Part shown: one piece after another, positions 56,756 through 64,000 of the stretch | Numbering within the stretch: the stretch's first letter is position 1 | Layout of the letters: the number at the start of each line of letters is the position of its first letter | Source: the human T2T-CHM13v2.0 reference genome, Homo sapiens | NCBI RefSeq assembly: GCF_009914755.1 | Contig: NC_060926.1 | DNA length: 64,000 nucleotides | Strand: one strand, 5' to 3' | Made by a program: the position numbers and the translations under genes | Notes under the pieces: generated by a model | The model's input: the letters and a program-made list of their open reading frames with translations, nothing else | What the model was told of the DNA's origin: nothing | Databases searched by the model: none

Positions 56756-58680
56756 TGTAGAGTACCTCTGTCAAGTCTTTTGCCTGACATCACTCGCTCA
56801 GAAAAGGAAGGTTTCCTCCCCTTCTCTGCAGCTTTCCTTACCTCTGTCAATTCCATCCCCTCCAAGACCTTCATCTGTTAATTACACCCCACCTAACCAT
56901 TCTGATAGCTCCCACCTCCCCAGGTGCCAGTTTCCTTCCCTCGGCCTATTTCAATGTGATGTATCCTCTGCTCTAGAAGCAAAAGCCTTTCTTTTGACCG
57001 AATTTCCCACTCAGGTACCATCTCACTCTGTCCTTCTTTTCAATGCCAAACTTATCAAAAAGGCAAGCCACACAGATTGCCAAAGCTCCTCCTTGGTTCC
57101 TATAATCTGGCTTCCTCCCCACCATCATCACTGTCTTCTCAACATAAAGATCCAGGGGCAAATTATCAGGCCTTCCCACAAGGAGAAGGTCCCAGGCCCT
57201 GGGTGGAACCCAAGAAATGAAGCCCAGGGAAGCCGACCAATTTCCTGGAAAGCAACTGCTCAATTTCCTTGTTTCTTTTTACTGTCTTGAAAGCTTTCAA
57301 CAATGTTTATCAAAAAAGTTGGTTTTAACCACTTTAGAAGATTTCTATAATTTTAATTGGCTGGCTTTCATTTTATTTTTCAACAGAACTTGGGGGAATG
57401 TTCAGTTCACTTCTAACCTGGCCCCCTGTGGGCTGCTGGCAGAGAAGGAAAAGGAGAGAAAGTGCCTTGGGAATAATAAGGGAGACAGTTGCTGATCCTG
57501 GGCTGGGCATGGGGGTGTGGGTGGAAATGGAAGAGAAGGGGTTGAGGGGATCGAGGAGCAGACAAAGATGGGGAGTTTGTCAAATCTGCTTTTAGTAGAT
57601 TGACCCAGAGCTGTTACAAGGAAGCCATTCAAAGAATCACCACAGATGAGAGACTACAATGTGGGTTTTCAAGATCAAAGCGAGAAAAGGCTGAATTATT
57701 CAAAACTAAATTAAGGGTTCTCAGAATAATAAGTTAAAGGTAAACAAAGTAAAAACAGAAATCTAGAAGAAAAGGGTTAGAGGCATGGCCTGAACCAGAA
57801 CAGAGGATCTCAAAATGTGATTTCCAGACCTCCGGGGACTCCCTGAGATCCTTTCAGGAGGTCCATGAGGTCAAAATGATTTTATAATAATATTAAGACA
57901 TGATGTGCCTTTTCCACTCTGTTGACATGGACACCAAAGATGTAAAAACAATAGTAAGAGAAACTGCTGATACCTCCGTAAGAGGCAAAGCCGCGGCTTT
58001 GAAGCGGTAGACTGGGGATCATCACCATCATCAGACATTTGCAGAGGGGAAAAAAATGTCAATTTCACCTCGAATGTCCTTGATGCGGCAGTAAAAATTA
58101 AAATTTGATGAATGAACCCTCAACCCTGGAGTGCACATCTTTCCAACATTGTCTGACAATGGAATGTGCGTACCAGGCCCTTCTGCTCCACACGGGAAGC
58201 ACTACGGCTCCCTCAAGGAAGTGCACTTGGGCCATCGTTCACCGTGACCTGAGGTCGTCCATTTTTCATGGAACACCCTTTCTCCTCAAAAAAAATGACC
58301 AAAAGACAAACTGTGGTTATTCAGACATGGCTATTTGGCAGATATTTTCTCTCAAATGAACAAAGTGAGCCTGTCACTTCAAGCAAAATAAGCAAGAGTT
58401 TTTGTTATCGGAGATAAAATCTGAGCTTTCAAGAGCAAATTAGAATTTTGGAAAACTTTTATACAAGCTTGACAGATTCCCAATACTTAAAGACTTTTCT
58501 GATGACCAGAAGTGACTTTTTTGATATTGTAAAATGAAATGCATCAACATTTGGAAGCTCTGTATAACTCAGTGATCCAATGTTTTCCAAAGGACTGATG
58601 TGTGATGTTACCAAACCCATTCATGGGCAAAAGATCCAAAACACAAGACAGACATTATAGATCGTAATAGATGGTAATGG

Positions 58681-59013
58681 AACAGACCAATAGATTGTAA
58701 TGAAACAGGCCAAGAGATTGTAATGAAACAGACCAATAGATTGTAATGAAACAGACCAATAGATTGTAACGTAACAGACCAATAGATTGTAATGTAACAG
58801 ACCAATAGATTGTGATGATATAGAGACCAATAGATTGTAATGAAACAGGCCAATAGATTGTAATAAAATAGACCAATAGATTGTAATGGTAACAGACCAA
58901 TAGATTGTAATGTAACAGACCAATAGATTGTAATGGTAACAGACCAATAGATTGTAATGTAACAGACCAATAGATTGTAATGAAACAGACCAATAGATTG
59001 TAATGAAACAGAC
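58681..59013. repeat. Minisatellite, 14 units of 23-24 bp (aacagaccaatagattgtaatg[a/t/gt])
   Basis: Units counted directly; highly homogeneous head-to-tail array. Confidence 0.97.
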
Positions 59014-59415
59014 TGAAAGCGTTTGACATGGCTTCAGAGTCCACATTGAATTAACCTTTAAGAATCTTTCACATGTCAAATTTTGGAGTATTTTCTAGAA
59101 TATACACAAATATCTGAAAGGCTATTAAAACATGTATCCCATTTCCAACTAAGTATCTATTGAGGCTGTATTTTCTTCTTAGACTTCAACCAAAACAACA
59201 TACTGCAACAGATTGAATACAAAAGCAAATGTAAAAATCCAGCTGTCTTCTTTTAAAACAGACATTAAAGAAATTTGTAAAACTGAAAACAATGCCAGTC
59301 TTCTATATTGTTTTGTTTTAGAACTATAATTATTGTTCATTTAAAAGGTATTATTATGTTAACAGGTGATGAGTTTATTGGGTTTACTAATAAGATGAAT
59401 TTATATTTTTTAATT

Positions 59416-59711
59416 CTTTTTTTTTATTTTGAGATGGAGTCTTACTCTGTTGCCCAGGCTGGAGTACCCTGGCACGATCTCAACTCACTGCAACCTCTGC
59501 CACCTGTGTTCAAGCAATTCTCCTGACTCAGCCTCCCAAGTAGCTGGGATTATAGGCACCCACCACCATGCCCAGCTAATTTCTGTATTTTTAGTAGAGA
59601 CGGGGTTTCACCATGTTGGCCAGGCCAGTCTTGAACTCCTGACCTCAGGTGATCGGCCTGCGTCGGCCTCCCAAAGTGCTGAGATTACAGGCATGAGCCA
59701 CCACGCCTGGC
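59416..59711 (-). mobile_element. AluS
   Basis: Antisense Alu; TSD-like tatttttaattc on both sides. Confidence 0.93.
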
Positions 59712-60161
59712 TGTATTTTTTAATTCCTCAGTTTTAATTTAATGCATTAAATATCAATAGATATAACCCAATCGACAAAAGCTCTTTGGGGTCCTCAATC
59801 ATTTCTAAGAATGTAAGGGATCTTGAGACCAAAATGTCTGAAAACCACAAGGCTAGGTGAAGCCAAACAGTTTTGTAAATAAAACGACTAACAGTACCCA
59901 GTAGACAAATCTTCGAGTCTATAACTCAATAGGCAGAAAATGGGTCAAGTTCTGAAAACAAAAGCACTATGGAAGTCCAGTGAGGGCGGTAATGTTTGTC
60001 CAGAGGGCCAGTAGATCTCAACTAATACCTTGGAGAAAGCCTCCAAATCCAACCCTGCCTGCCATTAAGACTCATTAGTTGCCAATGCCCAGAGTCCACT
60101 GGTGCTTCGAAAAAGTGCTACTATACTATCCTCTAATAGCAGCAACCTTGGACACATGTAA

Positions 60162-60539
<378 letters not shown>

Positions 60540-61634
60540 TAAGATGAGTTCAAAGAAGGAATGGAGCAATTACCATGAGACAAACTAAAGGTCTAATCTC
60601 ATCAGACTTCAGGGAAACAGATGAGTCTCCTTATAATTTAAAGTCATATTTGGAGTGGGTGCAGAGGACCGAACACCATGGTGGGGAAATGCTAAAAGTT
60701 TTTCCCTCAAAATCTGAAAGAAGTACCAACTTGCATCTGATGGTCATTGGCTAGTTACATAGTTAGAGGCTGAGGAAGGCTGAGGAGGTTGGAAATGGTT
60801 TACAGGAGATTTAGGCCTCAGATAAGCAGGGAGGTCAGTGGCTTCCAATGACAGTTTTCTGACATGAAACATCAGGGCAGCAGGGACGCATCCGTGTCCT
60901 CACCCTGGTTTGGTTGGGGCTTAGTTTGTGCCTCACAGAGAAGAGATGCTCACGAAACACTGGATGAGAGAATGAAAATGAATGAATCCTCCAAGGTGAT
61001 AAGTGGAAGAGATCCCTCTTTGGGAGCAAGCAGATGGTTTTCAGGTCCCTAAAGAGGGGCAATGAAGCAGCAGCCCCATATGGGTGCCCACCCCAGGCAC
61101 AGCCATTTATTTCCAGTGGCTCTCACATACACACTGACTTATGAACTGAAAAATAGGACAAAGGTATAAGCATTCCAGGGGGAGGAAGAACAAGGAAAGC
61201 TGACCCACCAAGCTCCAAAGCGATCATTTTCTGCTCTTGGGCATAAAAATCCAGCCAGAGGCCTATTTCTATATGTTAAACATTATGGATTAAAATCTAA
61301 GAACAATAGTTATGTCTCCCATACAGTTATGACATGAGTATCTCTCCTCTTTGTAAAGACTTAAAATCTGTAGCAAATGAAGTGTGAAATCGGGCCACAC
61401 ACAGTTCCTGGAGGCGTATGAAGGCTGCAGGCCACACCCATGGGAATTCTCTTTCCCCAAATTACTGATTTCACCTGTACCCTCATTTTCTCAAACTTTG
61501 CTCTGGAGACAGAGAAACCCAGGGAGTTTTGTGCCCCAATACAACACATGCCAAATAAGACCATGGAAGAGAGGGGCTGAATCTTCTAAGTCTCTCTGAA
61601 AGGTCATGAGACCCCTGCCTTTAGTGCGTTGGTG

Positions 61635-61773
61635 TAAGGTCCGTGGTCCCCAGGCTGGCAGCGTAGGCATTGCTTGCGTAGCATCTCGGGGCCATCCCAG
61701 ACCCTCTGGCCACATTCTGCATTTAACAAGATCCTCATATGATTCACGTGCACATTAAGGTTTGAGAATGCTG
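61635..61773 (+). mobile_element. MER5A fragment
   Basis: tctgcatttaacaagatcctc...gattcacgtgcacattaaggtttgagaatgctg. Confidence 0.65.
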
Positions 61774-62309
61774 CACCAAAATGCCATAAGGTCAACCCCC
61801 GACCCCGCCAAAAAAAACCCAAAAATGTATTTCTACCTGCTGCCTGTTTTTTCTCGTAGTGAACATTAAAACTTTGCATAAGGACACTGAATGGGCTACA
61901 AAGGCTGCTATAATCCTGAATATCCTCCTAGAGGACACTGCTGGGGGTGGAAGGCATTAGAGGCAGTGTTGCTCAGCAGTAGGAACCCCAGAGAAAAGTC
62001 CAGAAATCTCACTTCATTCTTGTCCTACCTTTACCATATATTAGCTCTTGGGCCTTGGATAAACGGCTTAAATATCTCTTAGACCTTGATTTCCTGGTGT
62101 TTAAAATAAAATAGGTGGAGAGACCTCTAAAATCCCCTTCTACTCTAAATTCTCTGACCCTGAAAATGTCACCCATGATACAATCCTTGCCCTAATATAT
62201 TTAACATGCCACCAACATTCCCCAATGCTTCTATAACTGTCCGCATGGGACATACATTTCAACCTTCTGAAATAGAAACATGACAAGATGTCTATCCTTT
62301 GGGAGGTCA

Positions 62310-62451
62310 TTTTATTTTTCTTTTTTTCTTTTTTATTATTATTATTATTATACTTTAAGTTTTAGGGTACATGTGCACAATGTGCAGGTTAGTTACATAT
62401 GTATACATGTGACAGGCTGGTGGGCTGCACCCACTAACTCGTCATCTAGCA
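62310..62451 (-). mobile_element. Very short young L1PA2-like 3' end
   Basis: T/(TTA)n tail, then tatactttaagttttagggtacatgtgcacaatgtgcagg...cacccactaactcgtcatctagca. Confidence 0.88.
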
Positions 62452-62952
62452 GAATTATTTTTTAATTTATAATAAATGATTCAAATATGTGATTGCATTT
62501 TCTGTGCAGGCGATGATACAATCATCCTTCTGTTCTGTAACGTAAAATGCAGCAATGTCTTTTTAATTACATTAGTACCAAGAATTATAATTCAAACACA
62601 AGCCAATGAAAATCTAGACAGGCTTATTCTTTACTCGTTAAAAAAAAGCAACAGCTGGGCTGCACTTACTTTTATGATCTCTATGGTTAATGTGTTTCTA
62701 ATAATTATTATTGTACTTTTATTACTCATAAAAGCACTTTCTCTCTCAGAGGTCCACAAAGCAGTTTCTGCAAGTAAAATCTGTGGAAGAGATCACCCTG
62801 CTATTAGCAAATAAACATATCTCAGACATCTTCACGTTAGCATTAAGTCTGGAGCATCACTCTCTGACTCAAAAATGTTTAACGAACACTGTCATAAAGC
62901 TATTTAGTCAAAAGAAAGGGTTTCCCTCATCTCTTAGAAAAATGTATATATA

Positions 62953-63415
62953 TTTTTTGACACAGAGTTTTGTTCTTGTTGCCCAGGCTGGAGTGCAATG
63001 GTGCAATCTCGGCTCACCAAACCCTCCGCCTCCTAGGTTCAAGCAATTATCCTGCCTCAGCCTCCTGAGTAGCTGGGATTATAGGCATGCATCACCCTGC
63101 CCGGCTAATTTTGTTTTTTGTTTTTTTTTAAGTTCAAGAGATTTAATGTACCACCTGGTGACTGTAGTTAATGATGATGTATACTTGAAAATTGCTAAGA
63201 ACAAATTTTAAGTATATACTGTGGAATGAATAAATCAGACTAACATAAGCATTATGTCACATAGGTATCATTTTTTGTGGTAATTTTGTATTTTTAGTAG
63301 AGATGGGGTTTCTCCATGTTGGTCAGGCTGGTCTCAAACTCCCCACCTCAGGTGATCCACCCGCCTCAGCCTCCAAAAGTGCTGGGATTACAGGCGTGAG
63401 CCCCCGTGCCCGGCC
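62953..63415 (-). mobile_element. AluSp split at its A-rich linker by a retroposed insert
   Basis: Right arm at 62953-63105 and left arm at 63296-63415; Sp-type tttctccatgttggtcaggctgg. Confidence 0.92.
63121..63280 (-). mobile_element. Polyadenylated, internally inverted retroposed fragment derived from L1MA 3' UTR sequence
   Basis: Poly(A) on the minus strand, ATTAAA 12 nt upstream, inversion junction near 63213, TSD taattttgt(t/a)ttttt. Confidence 0.75.
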
Positions 63416-64000
63416 CAAGAAAAATAATTTCTTATAATAAATTAGCCTCTTTTATCTGTAATAACACTTGCCACTGGTTTATCAAGTATTTCCCATCCAC
63501 TATCCCACTCTGCACCCCCTCTCACTGCTTTCTTCCCTAGTGAAAGGAGAAATTCCTCCAGAGTGCTGGCAGAGCTCTGGGCACCTAAGCTCACCACACA
63601 CTGAACAGAACGATTACAAAGTAACTGTATGTTCTGATGTCCTCCTTGAAAGCTGCAGTTTTGGTGCTGAAAAGGATGCAGGAAAGGTCTTTCCTTTGAT
63701 TCTTTGTGGGCTCCCTCGACTCCTCTCCCATCCTATTCCTTTCTTATAAGCCAACCAGGTCACAGTGCCTTTTCAATGTCTCATGAGGACCTTTGTGTTG
63801 CATTAATGATGTAGAGGAATGAGTTCTCAGGGAAGTGATGGGTGAGTGAAGATGACATCTTCTCTTGCACTTCTGTACATTCCCACTTCCGAATCTGAAG
63901 GGGAGTTCACTGATGCTTTCAAACCAACAGAGGAGAGCATCAAAGATCCATGGGTTCAAATTTTCCTGACCTACTTCTTTTTGAAATGATAAGGAAGAAC

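Larger units (their letters stand above)
57801..59850 (+). mobile_element. Charlie1-type hAT DNA transposon, containing a VNTR and an Alu
   Basis: Left end cagaggatctcaaaatgtg...gaggtcaaaatgattttataataatattaagac; transposase-remnant DNA (gacaaactgtggttattcagacatgg...); right end gagaccaaaatgtctgaaaaccac. Confidence 0.8.

Noticed and set aside
58608-59079. CRISPR-like array, or 120-152 aa repetitive ORFs
   Set aside because: Units are head-to-tail with no unique spacers and the DNA is primate intron. The ORFs are only translations of the minisatellite.

Overview
Human (or great-ape) genomic DNA from inside the DNER gene (Delta/Notch-like EGF repeat containing), transcribed on the minus strand. 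Only two coding exons are present: 37356-37509 (154 nt) and 1696-1809 (114 nt). They splice in frame across a ~35.5 kb intron and encode consecutive EGF-like repeats. The rest is intron, dominated by mammalian and primate repeats: Alu J/S/Y, L1PA/L1MA/L1MB, L2, MIR, MaLR and ERVL LTR elements, and hAT/Tigger DNA transposons. Apart from the frame overlapping the 154-nt exon and ORF2/pol remnants of old retroelements, the ORF track appears non-coding. I found no evidence of a new multi-gene system. The most unusual structures are (i) a ~160-nt polyadenylated, internally inverted, TSD-flanked retrocopy of an antisense ancient-L1 fragment inside an AluSp (63106-63295); (ii) several local templated duplications (220 bp, 35 bp, 32 bp); (iii) a 23-bp CCAAT-containing minisatellite born inside a Charlie1 transposon; and (iv) an L1-derived consensus cryptic donor that coincides with a read-through stop 110 nt from a DNER exon. 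Repeat subfamily names come from my recall of consensus sequences, and boundaries are approximate unless a TSD is cited.
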